A DNA stretch of 63,104 nucleotides, the filler included, from Octopus bimaculoides (taxonomy: Eukaryota): NCBI RefSeq assembly GCF_001194135.2. It is 7 parts of 7 records of this genome, joined end to end, with 100 filler letters (N's around TTAATTAATTAA, not from the genome) between each part and the next. Parts side by side here need not be neighbours in the genome. Positions count along the whole stretch, not along the records: positions 1 to 12,546 come from NC_069004.1; 6 more parts are not named here. One strand, given 5' to 3'. Of this stretch, positions 1 through 11,700 are shown piece after piece. Each line of letters begins with the position of its first letter. Position 1 is the first letter of the stretch. Both the position numbers and the translations under genes were made by a program. The notes under the pieces were generated by a model. That model ran no database searches. It had not been told where the DNA came from and was given only the letters and a program-made list of their open reading frames with translations.

Positions 1-377
1 CAATGATAATATTCATAATAATGATGATGATAATAATAGTAATAATAATAATAATAACGACAGCAACATTACTAGTAATACTTTCTCTCCCATCCTTGCT
101 ATGATGGCAGAACTTCAATAAAGTGCTTTCGAAAGAGGTGTTTATACATATTGTCCTGAATGACCGCTAAAACTTGCTTTTATTTGGCCAACTTCCAGTA
201 TACAACTGCAGCAGCAATAGGTTAACAGGCCTCAGCTCTCATCCTCCTCCTCGTTTTTTTTTTTTTTACTACAAATTTATATTGTTTTCGAGGGGTTCTT
301 TGCAGGGGGAATCAGGAGGTGGGTGGGTAGGGATGAGTTGTATTGTGTTAATATTCAAAGTTAAACTTATCTATTAT

Positions 378-600
378 TTTCTTCTTTTTCTTCTCCTTTT
401 TTCTCTATCTTCTTCTTCTTCTTCTTCTTCTTCTTCTTCTTCTTTTTCTTCTTCTTCTTTTTCTTCTTCTTCTTCTTCTTTTCTTCTTCTTCTTCCCCGT
501 CTTCTCCATCTTTTTCTCTTTCTTCTGTCTTTTCTCTCTATTCTCACTACCATATTATCTTCTTCTTCTATGTCTTCTTTTCCTTCTCTTCCATCTCCTC
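378..600. repeat. (TTC)n / CT-rich low-complexity tract
   Basis: Direct TTC repeats; explains the poly-S and poly-E ORFs 174..677 and 374..718. Confidence 0.9.
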
Positions 601-842
601 TTTCTTTTCCATTTTTCTTCTCCTTTGTCTCCACATATTTTTCTATGAAGCTGTCTATGCATTTCTGGACAAAATGAACTCCATGTTGGGGAAGTTGGTT
701 CCTTCTACTATACCTCATTGTACCAGCTCATTCTTTGAGCTGAATACTCATTGTGCTTTGGAAGCAGACTAATGGCAAGTGTGAGAAAATACTTTAATAC
801 ACAAAATAGAATAATTAAATAATGAAGAAGTGGATAATAAAG

Positions 843-1727
843 GTTTCAAATTTTGGCAGATTGCCAGCAGCTTTTGAGAGCGGGGCTGGGGAGAAGTACT
901 TGACTAGCACTTATTTTATTGACCCCGAAAGGACGAAAGGCAAAATCGACCTCGGTAGAATTTGAACTCAGAGGCTGAAGTGAGACAAAATGTCAAGAGG
1001 TAAATAATAATAATAAATAATTTGGTTTCAAATTTTGTCACAAAGCCAGCAATTTTAGAGGAAGGAGGAAGTTGATTACATTCATCCCTGTGCTCAACTG
1101 GTACTTACTTTATCAACCCTGAAAGGATTAAAAGCAATATTGACCTCGGTGGAATTTGAACTCAGAACATAAAGACAGATGAAATGCTGCTAAGCATTTT
1201 GCCCATCATGCTCATGATTCTACTAGCTTGCCGCCTTAATAATGATCCTTTCTACTAAAGGCACAAGATCTGAAATTTGTGGGGAGTGGACTAGTCGATT
1301 ACATTGACTCCAGTGTTTCACTGGTATTTAATTTATTGACCCTGAAAGGATGAAAGGCAAAGTCGACCTCGGCAGAACTTGAACTCAGAACATAAGGATG
1401 TATGAAACACCACTAAGTTTTTTGACCGGCATGCTAACTATTCTGCCAATTCACAGCCTTATATAATGATAATTATTATAATAATAATAATAATGATTAT
1501 AGTAATAATAATGATCCTTTCTACTGTAGGCACAAGACCTGAAATGTTGGGGGAGGGGTAAGTCATTCACATCAACTCCAGTACTTGACTGCCATTTAAA
1601 TTATTGACCCCCGAAAGGATGAAAGGCAAAGTCAACCTCAGTGGAATTTGAACTCAGAATGTAAGGACAGACAAAATGCCACTAAGCATTTTGCCTGGCG
1701 TGCTAACGATTCTGCCAGTTCACCACC
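843..1727 (-). mobile_element. Tandem cluster of four tRNA-derived SINE copies (family M): about 843-972, 1023-1235, 1244-1458, 1514-1727
   Basis: Each copy has GACCCCGAAAGGATGAAAGGCAAAGTCGACCTCGGCGGAATTTGAACTCAG and, in full copies, the reverse head GCTAACGATTCTGCCAGCTCGCCGCC. The B-box-like GAGTTCAAATTCC is on the minus strand. The central domain resembles the Meta-type SINE core (from memory, unverified). Confidence 0.88.
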
Positions 1728-2483
1728 TTGTATAATAATAATAATAATGATAATGATAATCAGCACAGATGTGCAATTATTGGCAAAGACAACTCTGCCT
1801 ATCCTCTGTGTTACTCAAATTTATATATATATATACATGTGTGTGTGTATAATTATGTATGTTTGTGTATGTATGTTGTGATATGTATATATTACATTAT
1901 CCTGCATACTCTTCAGCATGATACAGAGCCAAGACTATTGCTGTAATTGACTGCACAGCTTTAGCAGAAAGACAAGCTTTCAAAAATCCACAAACAATAT
2001 ATCATGGTGTTGTAGATATAACATAAGCATTGTAAAATCTCTTACATTATTTATAACATTGCATACACTTATTGGAAGAATCTGCAACAAGGAATGGTGT
2101 TACCGATATGATACAAGCGCTGTTAAAAAAAAAATAAAATCTCGAATTATTTATAACTTTGAATACATTTGTGGTAGAATCTACTACAACGGAGAACAAG
2201 GCAATCACTTAGAATCAAGATTTTTTTAAACCAAAATATCAAAATGACAAAAGAAAAAGAAAGGAAAGGAATGATAAATGATAGAAAATGTATGGTGCAA
2301 AAATAAAAACAATGGTCTACTGTGAAATCAGATTTCTATTATAGACATGAAACCATAATGGAAATAAAGGAGGCAGAGATTAGAGAGAAGAGATGCAATG
2401 TGGACGAGAACCAATCTGGGATGACAACAGCAACAACAATAATAGTAATAATTTTTTTCTACTAAAGGCACAATGCCTTTAGT

Positions 2484-2794
2484 AAAGGCGCATGGCTCAA
2501 TGGTTAGAGCGTCGAGCTTACGATCGTGAGGTTGTGAGTTCGAATCCCAGACCGGGCTGTGTGTTGTGTTCTTCAGAAAGACACTTTATTTCACGTTGCT
2601 CCAGTTCACTCAGCTGTAGAAATGAGTTGCGACGTCACTGGTGCTAAGCTGTATCAGTCTTTGCCTTCCCCTTGGATAACACTGGTGGCGTGGAGAGGGG
2701 AGACCGGTATGCATGGGCGACTGCTGGTCTTCCATAAACAACCTTGCCCGGACTTGGTGCAATCCCATGGTCAGTCCTGACCGAAGGGGGTCTC
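2484..2794 (+). mobile_element. tRNA-derived CORE-type SINE (family A)
   Basis: A box TGGCTCAATGG and B box GAGTTCGAATCC, then the CORE-like GTGTTGTGTTCTTCAGAAAGACACTTTATTTCACGTTGCTCCAGTTCACTCAGCTG. CpGs are intact, suggesting a young copy. Confidence 0.82.
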
Positions 2795-2905
2795 AGCAGT
2801 ACAAGGCCTGAAATTTGGGGGTAAGGGACTAGTCGATTGCATCGACCCCAGTGATTCACTGATACTTAATTCATCGACCCTGAAAGGATGAAAGGCAAAG
2901 TCAAC

Positions 2906-3150
2906 ATCATCATCATCATCATTTAATGTCCGTTTTCCATGCTAGCATGGGTTAGACGGTTCGACTGGGGTCTGCAAAGCCAGGAGGCTGCACCAGGCTC
3001 CAGTCTGATATGGCAGTGTTTCTACAGCTGGATGCCCTTCCTAATGCCAACTACTCCATGAGTGTAGTGGGTGTTTTTTACGTGCCACCGGCACAGGGGC
3101 CAGAGGTGGCTGGCAACAGCCACAATCGGTTGGTGCTTTTTATGTGCCAC
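2906..3150 (-). mobile_element. (GAT)n-tailed retroposon 3' end (family R; probably RTE-related LINE/SINE tail)
   Basis: (CAT)n then TTAATGTCCGTTTTCCATGCTAGCATGGGTT...CTACAGCTGGATGCCCTTCCTAATGCCAAC; the same block recurs at 4133 and 12365. Confidence 0.75.
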
Positions 3151-3238
3151 CAGCGGAATTTGAACTCAGAACATAATGCTGGAAGAATACTATTAAGCAT
3201 TTTGTCCAGTGTGCTAACTATTCTGCCAGCTCGCTGCC

Positions 3239-3277
<39 letters not shown>

Positions 3278-3292
3278 GTAGTAGTAGTAATA

Positions 3293-3498
3293 CTTTCTAC
3301 TGTAGGCACAAGACCTGAAATTTGCAGGAGGGGAGTAGTCGATTACATCGACTCTAGTGTTTCACTGGTGCTTAATTTATCAACCCCGAAAGGATGAAAG
3401 GCAAAGTCAACCTCAGTGGAATTTGAACCTAGAATGTTGTGACAGACAAAATACCACTAAGCATTTCACCTGGCATGATAACGATTCTGCCAGCTTAC
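3293..3498 (-). mobile_element. Family M SINE, near full length
   Basis: Same core and head as 1514-1727; adjacent to (AAT)n. Confidence 0.85.
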
Positions 3499-3504
3499 CT
3501 ATAC

Positions 3505-3629
3505 ATACATTTAAAGGAAAATATTTTTCAGGGGCCCCCTAAAATACTATTTTGGATCCCCAATTAACTATTTTGTTGCATGGACCCCCCCCACAAAGAT
3601 CTTATATGGACCCTGGCTGAGAATCCCTG
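3505..3629 (+). mobile_element. 3' half of hAT-type MITE (same family as 8547-8872)
   Basis: CAGGGGCCCCCTAAAATACTATTTTGGATCCCCAATT...GGACCCTGGCTGAGAATCCCTG matches the right end of 8547-8872. Confidence 0.75.
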
Positions 3630-3976
3630 CTCCCTCACATATATAGGGCAGTCATTGTCTAACAGTCTTGGTTCATAGGCTTGCTCAGGCAGAGTTGATC
3701 TGAGGTTTAAACAACAACTACAAAACTAACTGTCAGCATAGAACTTTACAAGTCGCCATACTGACAGAGAGAAGAAATATATATCTTATACAGCAAACAT
3801 GCTTGTTATGTAATATCCTGTACAATGCATGCTGTGAACAACATAGTGTTGCTATGTAAATACATATATTGCCATCACATTATACTGTTCTTTTAACCTG
3901 TTTTAGTCACCACAGATTAAGGCCAACCCTGGGGCACCGTTTTTATGTCACGTCATATGTGTTACTATGTATATAA

Positions 3977-4022
<46 letters not shown>

Positions 4023-4132
4023 ACATTGTATATGTTACTGTGTATAATGTGATATTTTGATACAACTTTACGTATGTAATGTCATGTGTAGAAGATATTG
4101 TTATTAAGATACAATACATCATGTGTGCTCAT

Positions 4133-4330
4133 CAATATCATCATCATTGTTTAACGTCCGTTTTCCATGCTGGCATGGGTTGAACAGTTTGACAGGAACT
4201 AGCCACAGCTGGAGTAGCTGTCCAGGCTCCAAATGTCTGTTTTGGCATGGTTTCTACAGCTGGATGCCCTTCTTAACACCAACCACTTTACAGAGTGTGC
4301 TGGGGGCTTTGTATGTGACACTGGTACAGG
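4133..4330 (-). mobile_element. Family R retroposon 3' end
   Basis: (CAT)n + TTTAACGTCCGTTTTCCATGCTGGCATGGGTTG...CAGCTGGATGCCCTTCTTAACACCAACC. Confidence 0.75.
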
Positions 4331-4667
4331 TGTATTTACTTGGCACTGATACAAGTGCACTTAACATGGCACTGACACAAGTGCATTTTATATGGCACCT
4401 GCACAAGTGCATTTTATGTGACTGTGGCATGAGTGCAATTTGCACATGTGCAATTTATATGTCACATGCACAAATGCAGTTTACATGGCACCTGCACAAG
4501 TGCATTTTACTTGGCATCGGCATGAGTGCAATTTACATGACATCTGCACAAATCCATTTTATGTGGTATCGGCATGAGTGCAATTTACATACACCTGCAC
4601 AAGTGCATTTTCTGTGGCACCAGCATGAGTGCAATTTACATGGCATCTGCACAAGTGCATTTTACAT
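4318..4667. repeat. 26-bp minisatellite with alternating A/B units
   Basis: Units GGCACCTGCACAAGTGCATTTTATGT and GGCA(C/T)CGGCATGAGTGCAATTTACAT, about 13 copies. Confidence 0.8.
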
Positions 4668-4847
4668 GGGACCATCGCCTGCAAGACAAAGACCTTTCAG
4701 CTGGGAGAGAGAGTGGAGGCATGGCCATAAAAGACATGTCTGTATGTATGTACGGATGGTTGCGATTTTACTTTGCCTGATTTGTCTCCTGAAGTACAGC
4801 GAATCGTCACAAGTCTCCATCCCATATCATCATCTCATGTTATTGTA

Positions 4848-5130
4848 ATATCAGAAATAAAGTCGTAGAAGAACAATATAATGAAGATTCCCAAACACAT
4901 TGATGGAATGAAGAACAACTGACTGGCCGTGTCTTATCATAACCAGACATCATTAATACGTGATGCCAACATTGAGATAGACACCAACAGGAAGAGGAAG
5001 AAGATGGGAAGACCATTGGCCACAAGACAGGGAACCCTTCAGGAGGGCCTACTAGTTGTCAATGGACACTGGGAAACATAGAAGATACAACTGATGGAAT
5101 CCATCAAGGAGTCCTGCTGTCCTCTGTGTA
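4848..5130 (+). pseudogene. Decayed RTE-clade LINE ORF2 C-terminus (tentative)
   Basis: Manual translation ISEIKS*...NRKRKKMGRPLATRQGTLQEGLLVVNGHWET* resembles the RTE GKRKRGRPxTTWRRT region; contains stops. Confidence 0.4.
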
Positions 5131-6820
5131 AAAATAGAAATGGATAAACTCACTATGTATAACTTTCTTTTATTGCATACATATAACATAATGCATGTTG
5201 TTATGTAATATCTTATGTATTACTATGTATTATAGTATTGTGTTTATACACACACACACACAAACACACATATTTACATACACACATATACACATGCATA
5301 TATATATATATATATATATATGTACGCACACACATGCATACATATATATAAGTACGGAGTTATATATATATATATATAAATAAAAGTATTGTGTTTTATT
5401 TATATACACATACACACACACATATGCACTTATGTTATTTAATATCATAAATATATTACTATGTACATTATCATACATCATGAATATAACATTGTGTTGT
5501 TGTGCAATGTGAGATATATGTGTGTGTGTACGTGAGTACGTATATATATATATATATATAAATGTGGATGTGTACATATATAGGCACATACATATATGTA
5601 TATACACCAACATCCATATATATATACATATATATAATTTATATATATATATATATATATTATGTGTGAGTATGTGTCTCTGTGTATACATTCATATATG
5701 TGTGTGTGTGTATATGTAGACGCACCATCATAATGTGTTGTTATGTGTTAGTTAGACATCATATTAACATATGTTTTCTTGTTATTTATCATTGAATCGA
5801 CAGCAGAGAAGAGTGTTTTGTTAAATCTATTACTATCAAGCTACGATTCACTACAAATATTAACATGATCTTCTTGATAGTGCTCGAGGCAAATGATACT
5901 GTATGCCTGGTTCAGTTCAGTCTAGCATGGAAAAACAGATGTCATTCTCTGACTCTGAGGAACCCCTGACGTTCAGGAAGGGATGGGCATCGTTTCGACA
6001 TACGCCTGACGCCTGTGAGTTATTGGGAAGAGAAATAGGAGTGTGTGACATTCATACTCTTAGCCAAGGTCATTAGCAATTTAAGCAAACTGAAGTGGTT
6101 CCAACTGAGAATCAAAACCCGTTTCACAGTCTAAAGTTTGCAAGAACTACCTTGGCCTCGGACTAAATATAAAAGTAAATTATATATAAATAAATGATAA
6201 ATAAATAAATAACGATAATAATAATAATAATAATAATTTTGTAATTTGATCTGATGAGGTTATCTAGTTAAGGTCCTGGAGACTAGTCGTTGTAAAACCT
6301 CATAAATATTTTCTGTCATACACCTCATGTACTTCTTACATGCATCTCGCTTCTCGCATCTCATACAGGTTTGTCAATTGAAATATCAAATTGGAGTTGG
6401 AACTCTAGATTAAAACAATAATTGTTGTGCCAAGCTATCAAACCAGTCTCGTGTGACCTTTCAGTAGGGAAATAGATGAGGAGCCATTGTATATGTTGGC
6501 ACTTACTAAAGAAGATATCAGATGAAATTGGAGACCCGAACCTCCAAGAAGTGAGATTTACAGAGCTAATCTCTGTAGAACTAAGATACTCTGAGAAAAT
6601 AGAAACCAAAATAGAATGGTTTTTTCCATAAAAATCCTGAACACCTAACAGCTCAATGATGATCATCAACATTATTGGTGTGGGTTGAACAGGTTTTCAA
6701 ATACAGAATTGTTATTCCTACCTGGTTATTGTTATTAAAGTATAACTTTCAGACTTTTGAACTTTCTGGTTGTCTTTAAAGTCTTTGGTATTATTACTGA
6801 TAATGCAGATGTCACAGTTG

Positions 6821-6851
<31 letters not shown>

Positions 6852-7115
6852 TTGAGTTATCTTTCAATTTTTCTTTTAACTTAAAATTTATTTCTGAAAT
6901 CTAACCTTTGTTCTGTGTCCTATTGGATTGGTAAATCTCTCTCTCCCTCTCTCTCTCTCTCTCACATACACACACCTAAATGCACATGCATGGACACACA
7001 AACAAACACACACCTAAATGCACATGCATGGACATTTGCATACACACACATAAACACATGCACATACACACAAACATAAATACAAATAAGCACACACTCA
7101 AATACACATGCACAT

Positions 7116-7148
<33 letters not shown>

Positions 7149-7786
7149 GCATTTCTCACCGTCCCCAACAGACACTTCCATGCTCTGTGTCTATNNNNNN
7201 NNNNNNNNNNNNNNNNNNNNNNNNNNNNNNNNNNNNNNNNNNNNNNNNNNNNNNNNNNNNNNNNNNNNNNNNNNNNNNNNNNNNNNNNNNNNNNNNNNNN
7301 NNNNNNNNNNNNNNNNNNNNNNNNNNNNNNNNNNNNNNNNNNNNNNNNNNNNNNNNNNNNNNNNNNNNNNNNNNNNNNNNNNNNNNNNNNNNNNNNNNNN
7401 NNNNNNNNNNNNNNNNNNNNNNNNNNNNNNNNNNNNNNNNNNNNNNNNNNNNNNNNNNNNNNNNNNNNNNNNNNNNNNNNNNNNNNNNNNNNNNNNNNNN
7501 NNNNNNNNNNNNNNNNNNNNNNNNNNNNNNNNNNNNNNNNNNNNNNNNNNNNNNNNNNNNNNNNNNNNNNNNNNNNNNNNNNNNNNNNNNNNNNNNNNNN
7601 NNNNNNNNNNNNNNNNNNNNNNNNNNNNNNNNNNNNNNNNNNNNNNNNNNNNNNNNNNNNNNNNNNNNNNNNNNNNNNNNNNNNNNNNNNNNNNNNNNNN
7701 NNNNNNNATAGTGCTTCTCAGCCATTTTTTTTTTTATCTATGGGCCCCTGTGATTCCCTTTTTTTACTTAGGTGAACCCACATACC

Positions 7787-8165
7787 CTGTGGTAAGAAGT
7801 TTGCTTCATAACCACATGGTTCTGGGTTCAGTCCCACTGTGTGGTACCTTGGGTTGTCTTCTACTATAGCGCCTGGCCAACCAAAGCCTTATGAGTGGAT
7901 TTGATAGACAGAAACTGAAAGAAGCCCGTTGTATGTGTGTGTGTTTGTTTGTCCCACTGTCACCACCTGACAACCAGTGTTGGTGTGTTTATGTCCCCAT
8001 AACTTAGTGGTTCAGCAAAAGAGATCGATAGAATATGTACCAGGTTTTAAAAAAGAGTACTGAGGTCAATCCATTCAACTGAAGAGGAAAAATAAATATT
8101 CTTCAAGGTGATGCTCCAGCATAGCCACAGTCTAAGGACTGACACGAGTAAAAATGAAAAAAAGA
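7787..8165 (+). mobile_element. tRNA-derived SINE with internal microsatellite (family C), CpG-decayed
   Basis: GTGGTAAGAAGTTTGCTT..AACCACATGGTTCTGGGTTCAGTCCCACTG...GAAACTGAAAGAAGCCCG (TG)n ... GCATAGCCACAGTC; collinear with 32133-32567. Confidence 0.85.
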
Positions 8166-8546
8166 CTAAAAATAATATTAGAAATTGTATTAAAAAATTC
8201 TTTCAATATTTTGTGTATTGTAGAACTATAAGCAATTTATTGCGCATATATTTTAACATCAAAATCTTATGTGGGCCCTGGATCGGAAGCACTGTTTTAT
8301 GATAAAATGTTTGCCATTGTCTTGTCAATATAAGACTGACATGTGTATTGTAGAACATTTGGGTCTTTCCATCCAGAGGTCACTATTTTTTTTTTTTTTT
8401 GTATTTTGAGATGGTCCTGTTGTTTTCAGCACCAGTCAACCTTTTGGAGGGTTAAACAACTTGACATAATCTATAGAGCCCATACATCCTGATAAATTGT
8501 GCTGGTCTCTAACTGAGGAAGACTTTGTGCACTGTACCATCTAGTG

Positions 8547-8872
8547 CAGGGGTTTTCAACCATTTTTTTTTACCTAAGGACCCCTTTGATTAGTATTTTA
8601 TTCTGGTGGATCCCCATAGCCATTTTGATGGTTAAAAACTGGTTTTATAGAAACTTTTTTAAAAATTCCTATTTTGTTTTTTAAACATTATTTTGTGTAG
8701 ATTGAACTATGTAAAATGTTAGAGAAAAAAAACCTAGCTATTTCTTGCAATACATACATCTAATGCAAAATTTTTTCAGGGGCCCCTTAAAATACTATTG
8801 TGGATCCCCAATTTATTATTTTGTTGCATGGACCCCCCAAAATTTTATATGGACCCCGGTTGAGAACCACTG
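8547..8872 (+). mobile_element. hAT (Charlie-like) MITE, complete, 326 bp
   Basis: TIRs CAGGGGTTTTCAACC / GGTTGAGAACCACTG; perfect 8-bp TSD ATCTAGTG at 8539-8546 and 8873-8880. Confidence 0.92.
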
Positions 8873-8889
8873 ATCTAGTGGTTTCTGCA

Positions 8890-9100
8890 GCGTGACACTT
8901 ATTTTACATTACTCCAGTTCACTCAATTGGCCTAATTGAGTTGTAACTGTATTTCAAAAGGGCAAGCCTTGTCACATTCTGTGTCGTGCCAAATCTCTTT
9001 GACAACTATGTTAAGGTTACACATGTTTGTGGAGTGCTCAGCCACTTGCACGTTAATTTAACAAGCAGGCTGCTCTGTTGATTGGATCAACTGGAGCCTT
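8890..9100 (+). mobile_element. Family A SINE body, decayed
   Basis: GCCTTGTCACATTCTGTGTC...GTGGAGTGCTCAGCCACTTGCACGTTAAT...GATTGGATCAACTGG matches 24090-24225. Confidence 0.75.
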
Positions 9101-10249
9101 CATTTCTTGTGTGTCAGCACATGTGAATTTGAACATGGAGTAGATGTGTGCATGTGACTTGACATGAAGTAGATATCTGTATGTCTGGGAGTGATTGGAC
9201 TTGATCCTGTCATTTTCTGTCTGTGAAAAGCTAATTATTTCTTCACCACAGCAAGCCAAACAACCACATTGGATTTCTCCAGTTGATGGTGGAAGTATAA
9301 AAATACAATTTGTAGGGGGGTATTAAAGGAAAATTAACAGGAAAATCCCTCAAAGACAAAGATGAAAGTATTTGTCATGGAAAAAAGAGTTAGGGGTGTT
9401 TTTTTTTGTTTTTTGGGGGGGTTTTTTTTTGGAGGTTGGAAAAGAAATCAGCTGTTTTTGTTTATTTTTGATAATGAGTATTTAAATGAGTTTGGTAGAG
9501 AGTAGTTGTTTAGAAGGGAGTACATGGTTTGGTTGGCAGTATATATATGTTTTCCGTACTAAAGACTCTTGTCATTGGTGAGTGAGTATTAATGTTGTTG
9601 AGTGGTGAGTATTTGTAAGTTGTTGGTAGAGTGTATATATCTTTGGTCGTGAATTGCCAGGGTACAGACAAGTCTGTACTTATCTGTACTCTGACAACTC
9701 TGATGGGTACCATTGGAATGAACAGTATTGTCTTAGGTGCTGAAATTGTTATGATTTTCAATTGACAACTGATGAAGTGAAAAGCAGATTTGTGCACATC
9801 CACTTGTGCTATCTTTTCATTTTTCTGTAAAATCCCCCTTGTCTGTCAGCATTATTTTTGCAATATTACTTATGTAGTTATGCATATATGTTGTTATGAT
9901 TGCTGTTTCTTCCTCCAAAAGCCTAAATGTGTTATTTATAAAAATTAAAGGTTGATTCACTTTGTATCTAAGATCAACTCTTCAAGTGAAAAATAACCCT
10001 GAGGATAAAAACAAAGGAATGAAGCTGACTTTTCTTACCTTTAACATGTCCCTGGTGGTTTTCTAAAGTGTGACATGAATACTTCCTGAAGATATTAGAT
10101 TTATATTTAATCACCGAACTTCACAAAACTCTTTACCACATACAATCAACTGTTTACAACTGTTAGCAAGTGTGTTTATCTACCTTTAAATCCATGTTTT
10201 TTTTCTCTGCAGATAATTGAGTTTGGTAGGTTTTTAAGTTGATGGTTTT

Positions 10250-10253
<4 letters not shown>

Positions 10254-10281
<28 letters not shown>

Positions 10282-10640
10282 CTCCCCCTCTCTCTGTCTT
10301 TCTATCTGTCAATCTATCTCTTTCTCCATCTCTTTATTTCTCTCTCTCTCTCTCTTTCTACTCCTCTCTCTCTCTTCCTCCCCCTCTCTACCATCCTGTC
10401 TCTCTCTTTCTCTCACCCCTCTCTCTCTCTCTCCATCTCTCTCCCCCTCTCTCTGTCTTTCTATCTATCTGTCAATCTATCTCTTTCTCCATCTCTCTCT
10501 TTCTCCCTCTTTTTCCATCTCTTCCTTTTTCTATTTATTGCTCTCTCTCTCTCTCTTTCCACTCCTCTCTCTCTCTTCCCCTCCCCTTCTCTACCATCCT
10601 GTCTCTCTCCTTCTCTCCCTCTCCATCTCTCTCTCTCTCT
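10254..10640. repeat. CT-rich low-complexity tract with internal ~160-bp duplication
   Basis: ATCTCTCCCCCTCTCTCTGTCTTTCTATCT... recurs at about 10277 and 10437. Confidence 0.8.
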
Positions 10641-10963
10641 CCAAACTCAAATTTGTTTTGAAGGACAAAAGCATTCAGCTCTGCAAGTCTTGAATAATTT
10701 TATTTAGAAATCTCAAATTGATAAAACCAAATAATGGGTGTGGAGAAATGAACTGAAAAACAATTTTTTAAAAACTGAAGTTTCATTGTGAATGAAATTT
10801 TGATTAAAATTTGAATTTCAAATCAATAAAGGTTTAAAAATACTTTCTTCAGCCTTCTAGCTTTGTGACACGGCTCTGGCCTAACAGGACAAACCAACAG
10901 TTAACAAAGAACTACAACTCATTAAAGAAATTAATTTTGAGAATTAATGATAATAATAATGAC

Positions 10964-11003
<40 letters not shown>

Positions 11004-11311
11004 GTAATATTAATTTTATTGTTATATCTAAGGATGGTCCCTTTGTGGGTGGGGTGCTAAATAAACAATGAAAACAGGATAGTAGGAGACACGTAGGTTA
11101 GAGAGTCACTGAAGAGGTCACAGGATGTGTGATGAAAGATTTCAGACGAAGAACACTAAAATAAGAACAATTATGAAGCTGAAGTGAAGAACAAGTATAT
11201 AGTGCATGTGTTTATTTGGTGAAAAAAAAACAAAACAATATGACCATCCCAAACATACAATTTTCCATCAGGAATCTTGCAAAACAAATACCTAAACATA
11301 ATAATAATTAT

Positions 11312-11700
11312 TTCTACTGTTGGCACAAAGTCTGAAATTTTGGTGGAAGGAGCAATTTGATTACATCAACCCCAGTATTTGATTGGTACTTATTTTATTG
11401 ACCCTGAAAGGATGAAAGGTAAAGTTGACCTTGGCAGCATTTGAATTGAGAACGTAAAGATAGACAAAATGCTTCATAGCATTTTGTCCGATGTGTTAAC
11501 AATTTTGCCAATAGCACGCCAGGCAAAATGTTATAAAAATAGTAACCCTTTCTAATTTTGGCAAAAAGCCTGCAGTTTTCAGGGGTGGGGAAGTCAGTTA
11601 CATTGACCCCCAACACTTAATGGTTACTTTATTATTTTGGCCCCAAAAGGATCAAAGGTAAAGTTGACCTTAACAAGACTTGAACTCAGAAGATAAGGTA
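11312..11700 (-). mobile_element. Two tandem family M SINE copies (about 11312-11522, 11551-11700), CpG-decayed
   Basis: GACCCTGAAAGGATGAAAGGTAAAGTTGACC core present in both. Confidence 0.8.

Larger units (their letters stand above)
2455..3238 (-). mobile_element. Family M SINE split into three pieces (2455-2473, 2801-2905, 3151-3238) by two nested insertions
   Basis: The pieces join into a collinear copy: TTCTACTAAAGGCACAA|GGCCTGAAATTTG...GCAAAGTCAAC|CAGCGGAATTTGAACTCAG...TCGCTGCC. Confidence 0.8.

Noticed and set aside
174-718. Poly-Ser and poly-Glu/Arg ORFs
   Set aside because: Translation of (TTC)n low-complexity DNA.
2487-2560. tRNA-like sequences (also 19110, 23872, 32135)
   Set aside because: They have A/B boxes but no complete acceptor stem and continue into SINE bodies; these are SINE heads, not tRNA genes.
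4123-4848. 241-aa ORF with HLHKCI repeats resembling a metal-binding protein
   Set aside because: Read-through of a family R element and a 26-bp minisatellite whose period is not a multiple of 3.
5903-6076. Short ORF MPGSVQSSMEKQMSFSDSEEPL... with a GTGAGT donor
   Set aside because: Its start overlaps a family R-like fragment (CTAGCATGGAAAAACAGATG); no recognisable homology.
10197-10231. Strong polypyrimidine acceptor with a possible 13-nt microexon
   Set aside because: Too short to distinguish from chance in 63 kb.
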